Shown here: positions 35,411-46,000 of the stretch, piece after piece
How the letters are laid out: each line of letters starts with the position of its first letter
Position numbering within the stretch: the first letter of the stretch is position 1
Origin: Candidatus Nanoarchaeia archaeon
GTDB lineage: Archaea; Nanobdellota; Nanobdellia; SCGC-AAA011-G17; DATDVL01
Reading direction: 5' to 3'
DNA: 64,000 nucleotides
NCBI GenBank assembly: GCA_035289925.1
Contig: DATDVR010000005.1
Span: 45,692 to 109,691, forward strand
The notes under the pieces: generated by a model
What the model was told of the DNA's origin: nothing
Databases searched by the model: none
Seen by the model: the letters and a program-made list of their open reading frames with translations, nothing else
Translations under genes and position numbers: made by a program

Positions 35411-35787
35411 GTTCTTTTTGAATAAATCTTTATTTGACCTTCATACAAACCCTGCTTGGCATCACTAGGAACAGAAGCTGTCATAGTGACCTTCTTTTTC
35501 TCACCAGGTGAAATTAAAAAATTGTTGATAGATGGATGAACAAAGTCAACATCATCTACAAAAATTTCTATTCTAGCATCCTTATCTGATGTAACAAAAA
35601 TGTCTCTGTCAGCAGAATTTCCAGCAGGTATAGTGCCAAAATGAATCTTGTCTGCGTCCAAATTAAATCCGACATGGTCTCCAACAACAACGTCAAAATA
35701 TAAAATTTCAACACTAAAGTTAAAATAAAGTACTGAAGCTACTAGAGCAATGAATATAAAAGGAACTAAAAAAAAACTAATCTTCAT
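35407..35787 (-). CDS. small secreted Ig-like (PapD-like pattern) protein
   Basis: Signal helix, then a beta-rich domain (FGTIPAGNSADRDIFVTS...KKKVTMTASVP). 4-nt overlaps with the genes on both sides. Confidence 0.5.
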   Translation of the reverse strand: MKISFFLVPFIFIALVASVLYFNFSVEILYFDVVVGDHVGFNLDADKIHFGTIPAGNSADRDIFVTSDKDARIEIFVDDVDFVHPSINNFLISPGEKKKVTMTASVPSDAKQGLYEGQIKIYSKRT

Positions 35788-36916
35788 CTTCCTTCTTCCT
35801 CCTGCCCAATATGAACCAGAGCAAGTCTATCAATATTATGAAGATTATTATCCCTATAAGCAACTTTGTCATGTCAATCTTAAGTCTTTCAAATATGTAG
35901 ATTTTTCCTGTCTCTTCATAGCTTTCATTCTCATAAGACAACCTAATCAAGATTCTATACTCGCCTTTATTCAATCCAGTTGTGTCAAAGAAAGTCCATA
36001 AAGTATCCTGAGCCCATGGCTTCAAGTCAAGAGATGGTGTCTTAAAAGAAGTTACAACCTCTCCATTTGCATCAAGAACAAAAACCTGAGCTGAAACTCC
36101 CTTTACTTCCTTTCCCCACCTATTCTCTATTTCCAACTCAAACCTTGATATCTTGTCCTTCTCAAAAGTATTTGAATAATTAAGAAGCTTCACGAAAAAA
36201 GTTCCAATCTTGAATGGCTTTTCAGCGCCAAAAGCTATTCCATCATATCTCAAGACAGCCCTTGCAAAATAATCCCCTGGCTGGAAGTCAGTTGTATTGA
36301 CTTTTGTCCTGAACTCAAAGTCCTCTTGAGAAGGTAAATTCCTTACTATAACAGATATTGATTTAGCAATTTCATTATCTAATGAAAGCTCAATATTTCC
36401 TTCTATCAACCCTATTAAATCGAGACCTACATTTCTTATCTTCATCTCAATGTTCAAATCATCTCCAAGATTAGTGTCTGGAACTTCAAACAAACTTATT
36501 TCTGCATATTTTCCAGGATATGGAATGAAGAAGTATATGGCTGCTTTTACTGTAACAACAGTGCCAAAACCAGTACCTGTGTTTGTAAGCTGGGAGGCCC
36601 CTTCCGTTGCCCCAACATAAACAGGATGCCATCCTGGAGTTAAAGGCTCTTTAGGAAAATTAATCTTAACATTTACATGGTAATTTGACCTTGCAGGAAC
36701 AACAATATTTTTAGGATCTATCTCAACATTGTCTTTTATCGCACCGTCTGGAAACAAAGTAACTGCCATGGGCTCAAAATTTATATTGACAACATCTATG
36801 CCAACTGTAACAGACTCTCCTGGCTTGTATTCTATATTTTGGTCTGATGGTGAAAGCCCAACTGCAGAGACGCTTGCTGCCAACACTAGCATAAAAAACA
36901 AAACCTCTTTTTTCAT
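35777..36916 (-). CDS. CARDB/NEW3-like Ig-repeat surface protein with a C-terminal TM anchor
   Basis: Signal peptide (start trimmed to MKKEVLFFML). It is a paralogue of 38302..39528 (G.Y.a..L.YDG ... RW ... G.Y...i.L.Y). C-terminal LLIGIIIFIILIDLLWFILGRRKK. Confidence 0.55.
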   Translation of the reverse strand: MKKEVLFFMLVLAASVSAVGLSPSDQNIEYKPGESVTVGIDVVNINFEPMAVTLFPDGAIKDNVEIDPKNIVVPARSNYHVNVKINFPKEPLTPGWHPVYVGATEGASQLTNTGTGFGTVVTVKAAIYFFIPYPGKYAEISLFEVPDTNLGDDLNIEMKIRNVGLDLIGLIEGNIELSLDNEIAKSISVIVRNLPSQEDFEFRTKVNTTDFQPGDYFARAVLRYDGIAFGAEKPFKIGTFFVKLLNYSNTFEKDKISRFELEIENRWGKEVKGVSAQVFVLDANGEVVTSFKTPSLDLKPWAQDTLWTFFDTTGLNKGEYRILIRLSYENESYEETGKIYIFERLKIDMTKLLIGIIIFIILIDLLWFILGRRKKEDED

Positions 36917-36930
36917 TATTATTGCCCTCT

Positions 36931-37575
36931 TTAAGTTCCAGGACAAGGCAATACTGAGCAGTAACGTTGAGCAGTAACATTGACCATTGTTTCTCTGTAG
37001 CCTGGCCTGACATCAGCAGGAATTCCTAGATAAATATCTATGTTTAATGCATCTGTAGATTCTGTAAAGGTAAAGTTAGTGCATACGTTTGTTGGAGTTG
37101 CTGTGAATGAAGTGATTGTACCTGTTAAATTGCTTGTTCCTGAACAGCTTCCAGTTTCATTTTGAGAAGCGTTCCATTCATAAGTTGGATTTGTCCCGCC
37201 AATAAAACCAGATGCTGTGACACTATAAATAGTGACATTGACGTCTACGTTCCCGTCATTCTGCAAAACCAAGGGACCTGGATCCTTGAATGATGAAGGA
37301 TTTATGTCGGGATCTGTAGTATTGATTGTTGTAAGGTTTGGGGCATAGACCAAGCTTCCATTGCCGAAGTCTACAAATGAAATGTTGAATCTTACTATGA
37401 CTGTCGGAGCGATAGTAACGTTAACTCTTGCAGAAGCATTTGAAGACTGAAAGCCAGTTATCAAGTTAGAATCAAATTTTCCTAATTTAATAAAGTTTAA
37501 TGATGCTGCAAATAAAGTTATTGCTATGAAAACAAACAAAAGATAAAACAAAGTTTTATTTGTAATCTCAGCCAT
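36931..37575 (-). CDS. secreted protein homologous to the C-terminal domain of the giant protein
   Basis: The start is trimmed to MAEITNKTLFYLLF (ATG 37575-37573; 8-nt overlap with the upstream gene). It shares V.F.....G....P..vQNDGN..vNV and ..DI.i..P.d..PG.R with residues near the C-terminus of 40089..52931. Confidence 0.5.
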   Translation of the reverse strand: MAEITNKTLFYLLFVFIAITLFAASLNFIKLGKFDSNLITGFQSSNASARVNVTIAPTVIVRFNISFVDFGNGSLVYAPNLTTINTTDPDINPSSFKDPGPLVLQNDGNVDVNVTIYSVTASGFIGGTNPTYEWNASQNETGSCSGTSNLTGTITSFTATPTNVCTNFTFTESTDALNIDIYLGIPADVRPGYRETMVNVTAQRYCSVLPCPGT

Positions 37576-37777
37576 TCTTGTTAGCCTCTTTTGAATCAGA
37601 ATTATTTTCAAGCGACAATATGGTAAAGCCAACTTTTCCGCCCGATGCTGGAGGCGAATAATAAATTTCATTTTTTGAGCTTAAGGCATCCAAAGTAATC
37701 CATGTACCTAAAATAGACAAAACTATTGCTATTATTAAGACAACCATTACAAGTTTTCTAGGTATTTCCTCTTCCAT
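37568..37777 (-). CDS. small single-TM protein
   Basis: One hydrophobic helix (LVMVVLIIAIVLSILGTWI). It starts 1 nt after the pilin stop. Confidence 0.4.
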   Translation of the reverse strand: MEEEIPRKLVMVVLIIAIVLSILGTWITLDALSSKNEIYYSPPASGGKVGFTILSLENNSDSKEANKNG

Positions 37778-37778
37778 G

Positions 37779-38234
37779 TTACTCGTATTTTGTTGCTACC
37801 TTACCATTTTCTCTGTGAAGCAACTCTGCTCCTTCTTCCTTATGCCAAAGCACCATATCCTGACTGTATGAATTTCCTTCTGTTCCTGTGGTCAATCCAA
37901 CAAAGTTGCAATTTAATTGTCTTCCTGCTTTCCATGTTGTGCCGTTTGCATCAACCAAAGTGCAGGTTGCATTAACACTTTCAATAACTAAAGCATAATC
38001 AACTAAAGACTTACCAATTCCATTTCTAATAATGAAAGTTCCTGTTCCATCAGACTTGACAATGAAATCATCACAGTTAAATCCTGGAGCCAAGATGCAT
38101 GATTTTGGCAATATCCCTTTTGGATTCAATACACCGAAATAAGCCAATGCTCCAATTGCTATTAGAACTACTAAAATAGCCCAGCCATAGGTCATTAAAA
38201 ACTCTAAAGCTGCTTGTCCTCTTTTGTTATTCAT
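37779..38234 (-). CDS. archaeal type IV pilin-like protein (class III signal peptide)
   Basis: MNNKRG|QAALEFLMTYGWAILVVLIAIGALAYF has a short basic leader, a G/Q cleavage context and a hydrophobic helix, as in the DUF361/class-III signal family. Confidence 0.75.
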   Translation of the reverse strand: MNNKRGQAALEFLMTYGWAILVVLIAIGALAYFGVLNPKGILPKSCILAPGFNCDDFIVKSDGTGTFIIRNGIGKSLVDYALVIESVNATCTLVDANGTTWKAGRQLNCNFVGLTTGTEGNSYSQDMVLWHKEEGAELLHRENGKVATKYE

Positions 38235-38301
38235 GATTTATCACCTTTACTCACTTTGAAGTTAATATATCCTAAACTTTAATTGTATTTAAGCTTTATT
38301 G

Positions 38302-39528
38302 TTAAATTTTTTCCTCTATTTTTCTTCTTTTTAAGTATCTAAACCAAATTATATTCAAGACTACAAGGACAACAACTGCAATCATAATTGCTGAATTTCT
38401 CTTTAAAATTCCTTCTTTGCCAGAAACTACTTCAGCTGTTGCCGAAACCAATGAGGTTTTAATCTGATTCAATGTAACTTCCAAATCTACCTTTGTTTCT
38501 TTGACTTTTCCTTTGTAGTGAAGCACTATTACTGCTTTATAAAATCCTGACTGCTGGTCTTTTGTATCCCAGAAGGCTTCAATTACTTCATTACTGTTTG
38601 GAGCAAGCTGTGTTGTTGCAGATTTAGACTCTGAGATAAATACGTTCTTGTCGTTTTGTATCAATAATTCTGCATATAAATCATCAATCATCTCCTGCCA
38701 TCTGCTCTCTACAGTTATTTCAAATTTGGCAACATCTCCTAATTGGAAGTTCCTGACTTTTACATCAGTAATTTCAACTATTGGATCTCCTAGAGTGAAT
38801 GTAGTCTCGTAAGTTTCTAGCTTTCCATCATAGTCTAATATGACAACAGCATAGTACAATCCTGGATTAATGCTTGAAGTATCCCACTTTGAAATCAATT
38901 CTTTTCTTCCTTTAGCATCTATAGACTCTTCTGTTGTAAATAATTTAGCAATTGGCTTGTTGTCAGGACCCTGAACTTCTATAGAGGCTTTTGCCTTTTC
39001 AATCTTTTCATCTCCCAAGTTGAAAACTGGCAAGATAAACTTGACTTCTCCAGGCTGTTCATCTATTTCAAACTTGAAACTGACGTGCTTGCCTGGGAAT
39101 GGAACTCTGATTACTAACTGTGATGCTACTGCCAATGAAACTCCGACATAAGTTCCCTTTGCATCTGAAGCTTCGGCAAGTTCTTGGGCAATTATTGAAA
39201 CTTCATGGTCACCTGGCCTTCCTAATGCACTTCCAGGGATGTCAATCTTGTATGTGAAGTTCTTCATGTATTCATCTGCCTTGAATTCTACAAACTGGCT
39301 GCTCAAAGTTACATACTTATCCAGCTTATCATCGCTCTCAAGCTTCAATAAGACTTTCATGTCTTTATGTTCAGTATTTACAACAGAGAATTTTATTTCT
39401 TTTTGTATATGCGGCTCGAATTCTAAGACTGTTCTGCCTGGAGTGATACCTATTGCTGAAACTTGTATTGTGAAAATAGCTGAAGCTAACAAAAATACTG
39501 CAATAATCCAAATTAATTTTTTATTCAT
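38302..39528 (-). CDS. CARDB/NEW3-like Ig-repeat surface protein with a C-terminal TM anchor
   Basis: Signal peptide, repeated ~100-aa beta-rich units, and C-terminal AIMIAVVVLVVLNIIWFRYLKRRK. Confidence 0.55.
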   Translation of the reverse strand: MNKKLIWIIAVFLLASAIFTIQVSAIGITPGRTVLEFEPHIQKEIKFSVVNTEHKDMKVLLKLESDDKLDKYVTLSSQFVEFKADEYMKNFTYKIDIPGSALGRPGDHEVSIIAQELAEASDAKGTYVGVSLAVASQLVIRVPFPGKHVSFKFEIDEQPGEVKFILPVFNLGDEKIEKAKASIEVQGPDNKPIAKLFTTEESIDAKGRKELISKWDTSSINPGLYYAVVILDYDGKLETYETTFTLGDPIVEITDVKVRNFQLGDVAKFEITVESRWQEMIDDLYAELLIQNDKNVFISESKSATTQLAPNSNEVIEAFWDTKDQQSGFYKAVIVLHYKGKVKETKVDLEVTLNQIKTSLVSATAEVVSGKEGILKRNSAIMIAVVVLVVLNIIWFRYLKRRKIEEKI

Positions 39529-39976
39529 CTTGCTTTCCTATTAAAATTTCATCTGTCAAGTTGAGATCGATTATACTTCCAACATCCAAAATTGCATAAC
39601 CTAATGGAGAGAATCTTCTGTCTGCTATTGTGACGTTCACTTTCACATTTCCTGCATTTTCTAGCTGGTAAGTGCCATTCAATTTCAGATTCAAAGCTAC
39701 TTTGCTTGATATTGTGAAGTTGTAGATTTCACTAATTCCAGTTCCTCTCCAGAAATATAATCCTGGAGACAATTCCAATATGAATGGAGGATTGATTTTT
39801 ATTGGGGAAGTGAAGAAAATATTGTCATCTACCAAAATATTTCCAAGTCCAATTTTTCTGAATCCTACTCTTGTTGAGTCTAATACAGAACCGTCATCAG
39901 GATACACCAAATAGTCTGTGTAGATAGCAAGGACTACAAAGATTGCAATCACTGAAAGCAGCTTTACTTTGTTCAT
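39521..39976 (-). CDS. small secreted Ig-like protein
   Basis: Signal helix, and the YQLENAGNVKVNVTI motif shared with the other small proteins. A strong GGAGG lies 6 nt upstream of the ATG. Confidence 0.5.
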   Translation of the reverse strand: MNKVKLLSVIAIFVVLAIYTDYLVYPDDGSVLDSTRVGFRKIGLGNILVDDNIFFTSPIKINPPFILELSPGLYFWRGTGISEIYNFTISSKVALNLKLNGTYQLENAGNVKVNVTIADRRFSPLGYAILDVGSIIDLNLTDEILIGKQDE

Positions 39977-40063
39977 CTTTCCTCCTTTGAATATAAAGAA
40001 GCCAAGACAGAGGAAATACCAGGGGGCTCATCCAAGTAATTAACCTCCATCTTAGCTTTTCTT

Positions 40064-40082
40064 CTCAATTTGGGGAATTGAG
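40064..40082 (-). promoter_or_regulatory. hairpin just 3' of the giant gene stop (CTCAATT-CCCCA-AATTGAG on the coding strand)
   Basis: A perfect 7-bp inverted repeat lies 6 nt after the TGA at 40089-40091. It could be an intra-operon attenuator or a processing or stability element. Confidence 0.35.
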
Positions 40083-40088
40083 CGTGAA

Positions 40089-43000
40089 TCATGGGAATCC
40101 TCCAGCGTAGTAACCAGTAATTGTCAAAATATTTGACCTGTTTCCTGGAGGCTCGTCTATTGGCGGAGTAATAGATATGTCAGCTTCACCACTATCTGTC
40201 AAATTAGAGAAATTCAACTGCGAGAACATTTTCTGCGTTGTAACTGCAACATTTGTGAAAGTGGTTGTAGACCCTGACCAGTTAAATGCGCCTTCTTCTC
40301 CAGTTGCATTGTCTACCTTGAACTGGAATGCTGATGATGGCGAAGGTGCTTGTACAAAAAGAAGCTTGTCTGCTGTCTTGTTGACATTAATTAATGAGTT
40401 ACCATCGTTCTGAACAATAAATGGCCTTGGACTGTTGTCTGTTGTATCATCAGTTACACCAATCTGAGCATTTGTGAAGTTTACTGATGAATTGTCTGTG
40501 CTGATAGCAACCAAAACTGAAATGTTTAAAGTCCTGTGAGTGCTGTTGAAGCTGTATTCAAAACCGTCATAAGATCTTACAAACCATCTGTAGAAATAAC
40601 CGTCATCTGCGAAGAAGTCCAAATCATCTGTCAAGTTCAAGCTGGTTGTAGTTGAATTCAATAATCTGTTGTCTGACGCGCAGCCGCCTATGCATAATAT
40701 TTCCAAAGTGTAATTGATTCTGTCAACTGAGTCTGCATCTCCTGATGTAATCCATGAGAAGTTTACATTTCTTTCTGTTGTAACTGTTAAATTTGCAGGA
40801 ACATTCTGTATTACTGTGTAAGGTCTGCTGTTTACAACTGAAACCAAAGAGGAATTTGTTTCATCGCTTGTGAACTGACCATCTGAAACCTGAACTCCGC
40901 ATCTCCAAGACTCTCCCTTTTCCTGCAAAGCATTTGTGAAATTAAATGAAGTTAAAGTTCCATTTGCAACTACAGTTGAGTTCTGCTGGTAGAATGTTGT
41001 TGTGTTGTACCATTTTATTGTTGTTGTCAAAACATCATCTGCGTTTGGATCTGAAACTGTGAATGAGCAGTTGAACTGGTCAGTAGTGTTTGCTGGATTT
41101 GGACCTAAGGCGACATTAAGGATTGTTGGGGCTATGTTTGGGGCTGTTTCTGCAAATCCAAATGCGACTTGCTTAACATCTGATGATTGATATCTGTCAA
41201 ATGTTTCAAAAGATAATTTCCACTGGAAGAAACGATTGGCAGGGACTACTGACTCATTCAAAGGATAAACTTGAGTCATGTTTTCAAAGTAAGAGGTTGT
41301 AGTGTTTGCTGGACCTACAAAAGATTCCCCAGCGCAATTAATATCATCACAGCTTCTGATTTGAAGCCTTGCTTTTGAAAATGCACTGTCATAAATATTT
41401 TGCAATTCTAATTCTGATAGAGTTCTATTGAGAATGAATAAAGTATCAATTGTTCCATTGAAGGCTGATTGAGGACTTGTAGATAAAGAACCAATCAATG
41501 TAGTCCCATTAGTATTGTTGAAACCTCCTGAAATTATTGAAGTACAAGCAGCAACCCTATGTCTTTCTCTAGGAATTTGAGAAATAGTCCAGACTGTTGC
41601 GTTCTGGTCTGATGAATTGAATGTTAAAGCTAAGAAATACCATCTGTTTCTTTCTAATATTACCCCACTTTGAGCACTACCACATAACGGAGCAGTAGTT
41701 CCTAAAGCATAGAAAGGCTGTGCTCCATTGTTTGAAGTTCCCTGAATACCAAAGGATTTTCTTCCCCTGTTTGCATTAAGGGCTCCAGATTCATCTCGGT
41801 TTATATTAATAATATATCCAAGACCTTGCGAACCTTGCCATTCCCATCTCATTATAATGCCAATGGTTGCTGAAGAATCATTATTAAAGTCGAAGTTGGA
41901 AGTGTTTTGCCCTTCTATTCTCATGAAAGTTGTCAAGTTGAAGTATCTTGCTTTCCCTTCTATTCCTGTTGTAACTGCAGGGCATCTTGATGCGTTGTTT
42001 CCTATTCCATTTCCACAAGTTCCACCTAAAGAAGAATTTGTTGAGCTTAAAAATAAAGTATCATTTTCTCCTGATTCGTTATTAAATCTAAAAATAGTTA
42101 CCTTGTCATTTGGGAAATCTTTCTGGCTTAACCTCTTTGGATAGTTTTGAGAACCGTTGAATGTCAAGTTGCCAAAGAACTGGGTGGTGTTTAAGTCAAA
42201 CACTTTTGAAGTGAAGGTTCCATTTTGAGGATACTTGCCTCTTAACCTTTCAAATATAGCCCTTATCTCTGGAATGCTTAAAGTCTTGTTGTAGATTGCA
42301 AGCTCGTCTATGAAGCCGTTGAAACTTGCAGATGAAGAGCTGTCATTGGCTGAACCCAAGTATAGATTCATCTTTCCATCGCCATCAAGATTAGAAATGT
42401 TAATCATGTTTGGTGAATCTACACTTCTCAAAGCTCCAGCATCTATTCCTAATCCTTCATCCTGAACAAATAAAGTTACATTAGCCCCATTGTTGGAATA
42501 ATTAGAAGTGAAAGCCATGAATCTCCATTTCTGGTCTGATGGAGAACCACCTGCACCAGAAACTTGGATTGTTGTTGTAGTTCCAGTTGCGTTTTGGTCA
42601 CGAATTTGCATTATCAAAGTTGATGAGCTGAAAAGAACACTAAAGGTATTTGACTTTGTAAGTCCAATAGAATGGCATATTATACACAAGCTTAAACCTC
42701 CAGTTGCATTTGGCATCCACATTAAAATAACTGTTGCATTTTGTCCCAATCCAATTGGATTTATCGTGATGTTTCTTCCAGTTGTATTAAAAGTCAAAAA
42801 TCCTTGTATTCCGCCTGAATTTGTCAAGTCATCTTCAAAAGATATTTTAGGACACTTGTCTCTTGGGTCTAAAGACAATGGAGAGCAAGAGCCATGATTA
42901 TTGTTTCCAGAAGAGTCATTGAAGAAAGAAGAATTACCTTCGTTTCTCCATGATTCGTTGTTGAAATGCAACGATAAAAGCATATTTGAATACAATGAAT

Positions 43001-46000
43001 TATTAAGCTCAGAATCGTTGGCGTGAACTAAGGTAACATTAGCTGCTGTTGCTGAGACCTGAATTGTAGTGTTTGCGCTAAAGTTTAAGATAGCTGTAAA
43101 TTCTGCAGCTGATCCTGTTAAAACATCAGATGGCCTGCTTGTAACTGTAACTACAGTTGAATTGACAAAGTTTGATCCTAAAAGGCCGTCTGAAGAATTC
43201 CATTGAACCAATACTGTATTGTTGACTGTAATATTCGTTGCGTTGAAAACAATTGACAAGATGCCGCCAGAAGGAACACTATTCAAGAATTGCAAGGTTA
43301 TATTTGTCTTGTCATTAATGAATAAAACTGCAGTTCCATTAATCCTGTCTTCTGAATCAGAATCTGTTACTGTTACAGAAGCGTTTATCTGCTCGCCTGT
43401 GGCAAAGAAGGTTCCATTTGTGTAGTTTATTGCTGCGTTAGTCAATACAGGAGCTGCATTTGTTCCATAACCTACTTTAACAAGCTTGACATCTGCTGTC
43501 TGAAGCCTGTCATATGTTTCATATGATAATTTCCACTGGAAGAACCTATTAGGTATTACAATAGAATCGTTCAATGGATAAACTTGAGTCATGTTTTCAA
43601 AAGATGAGCCTGCTGTGCCATTTACTCCTACAAAGGTTTCACCAGAACATGATTCATCATCGCAGCTTCTTACCTGAAGCTTTGCTTCTGAAAACGCAGA
43701 ATCATAAATCCTTAGAAGCTCAAATTCATCTAATGTTCTGTTGACAATGAAGATTGTGTCTATTGTGCCATTGAAACCTCTAGCTCCAGCAAGTGGAGTT
43801 TCAGAACCTATTATGGTAGTTTCATTTGTATTGTTAAAGCCACCAGAAATAATGCTTGAACAAGAATCAGCAGGATGCATTTCTCGAGGTATAGGAGAAA
43901 CATGCCAAACTGTCTTGTTTTGTGTTGTATGATTAAAAGTTAAGGCAACTAAATACCATCTTTTTAGCTCAAGAGTGACTCCTGCTTCTCCACCACCACA
44001 AAAACCTGAATTTCTTCCTAAAGTCCAAGAGAGATCGCCTCCATTCCTAGCCTGTGCAAGAACATAAAGCTGTTTTGATCCAGAACTCCCAGCTATACCA
44101 TCCAAATCGTTCATTGAAAAAATGTAATAATTGATACCAGAGCCACCAGACCCAAGGCCGTTCCAGTTGATAATAGCCCCTATAGTGAAAGAAGAATCAT
44201 TGTTATAGTCAAAGTTTGATGTATTTTGATTTTCTATTCTTATGAATTGCGAGGTGTTAAAATTAACTGCATTGCCTTCAATTCCTGTTGTGATTGAAGG
44301 GCATCTTGATGCATTGTTACCAACACCTTTGCCGCAGGTAGCACCTAAGGAATTATTGGCTGCATCCAAAAATAAGGTGTCGTTTTCTCCTACAGTATCA
44401 TTATTGAACCTGAAGATTGTTACCTTGTCGTTTGGGAAATCTTTTTGGGAAAGCCTTCTTGGATAGTCTATTGAGCCGTTGAAAGTAATATTTTTGAATT
44501 TCTGCAAAGAGCCTAAGTCAAATACTTTAGAGGTGTAAGTCCCATTTTGGGGATACTTGCTCCTTATTCTTTCATACACTGATTGAATTTCTGGGATGCT
44601 TAAAGTTTTGTTGAAGATTGCTATTTCATCAACGTAACCAGTGAAAGCGCCGCTGGTATTTCTCTGGCCTATATAGTAATTCATCTTTCCATCTCCGTCT
44701 AGATTTGAGATGTTAATTGCACTAGTAGAACCGACCATTTTCAATGCAGGATAATCTAAGGCTCCGGATATTTCATCCTGAAAGAACAGAGTAATGTTGG
44801 CACTGTTGCTGCTATAATTAGAGGTGAAAGCAACAAAGCGCCATTTTTTCGGATCTGGGTCATTATTTGTACCTGAGCTACTGATGGTATGAAGATTCTG
44901 CGTTGCATTATTATCAACTATCTGAACAATTATGTTAGTGCCAGCTTGAAATGCAAAAGTATTCTTCATTGTTGCTCCCTGAGCAGCCTGAGGATTGCTA
45001 TTGTCATTGCATATTATGCAGCCATCAGATGATGACCCATTGACCATAATCAACATAATTACTGTAGCGTTATTACCCAACCCAAGAGAATTCACAGTGA
45101 TGTTGCTTGAACCATTAAATTCTAGGAAGCCTTGGATTCCCCCAGACATGGTATAATTATCATCAAACAATATTCTTGGACATCTTGTTTCTAATGAAGG
45201 ACAGCTTCCATGATGATTATTTCCAGAAGAGTCATTGAAGAAAGATGAGTTGCCTTCGTTTCTCCATGACTCGTTGTTGAAGTGCAATGATAACAACAAT
45301 TTATCATTTGAAGATAAAGTTGTAGTGTTTATTTCAGAATCGTTACCATGGACTAAAGTTATATTTCTTGCAGGAATGCTGCTTTCAAGGATTGTTGTGT
45401 TTGCAGAGACATTTATCTGATTAGAAAGCGCACCTTTTGTAGTTGCAAAGCTTGATGGGGCGTTTGCTATGAATGAGCTTGAGTTCAAGAATACTGTAGA
45501 ATAACCATCAGTAGCGCTGAACTGAAGTTTGACATCATCTTCACTTGTCAGATTTGTCCTGTTAAAGATAACTGAATAAGTGCTGGAAGCAATTTTATTA
45601 TTATCAAAAGTGGATGTTATATTTGCCTTGTCATTTACAAACAGAACAACAGTTGCATTAATTCTGTCTTCAGTGTTTTCCTCCAAAATATAGGCAGAAG
45701 CATTAATGAAGTCGCTTGTAGAAAAGAAAGTTGTGTCTGTGTAGTTTATTGTTGCATTTGATATAACTGGAGCAGTTTGAGCACACACCCCGATGCAGAA
45801 GCTTCTTGTCTCGCTGAAATTGTAGTTTATCCAGTCTGAAACATTTGCAATCCAAAAGTAAGTGCCATTTTTTAATCTGTAAACATCTTCAATCTCGGAT
45901 AGCCTTAAAGATCTGTTCCAGATTGCTATTTCATCCAGTAAACCAGCGTAATAGTTTGAATCTTCGCTGTCTCTTCCGATGTCTATAAAATTATGGTTAG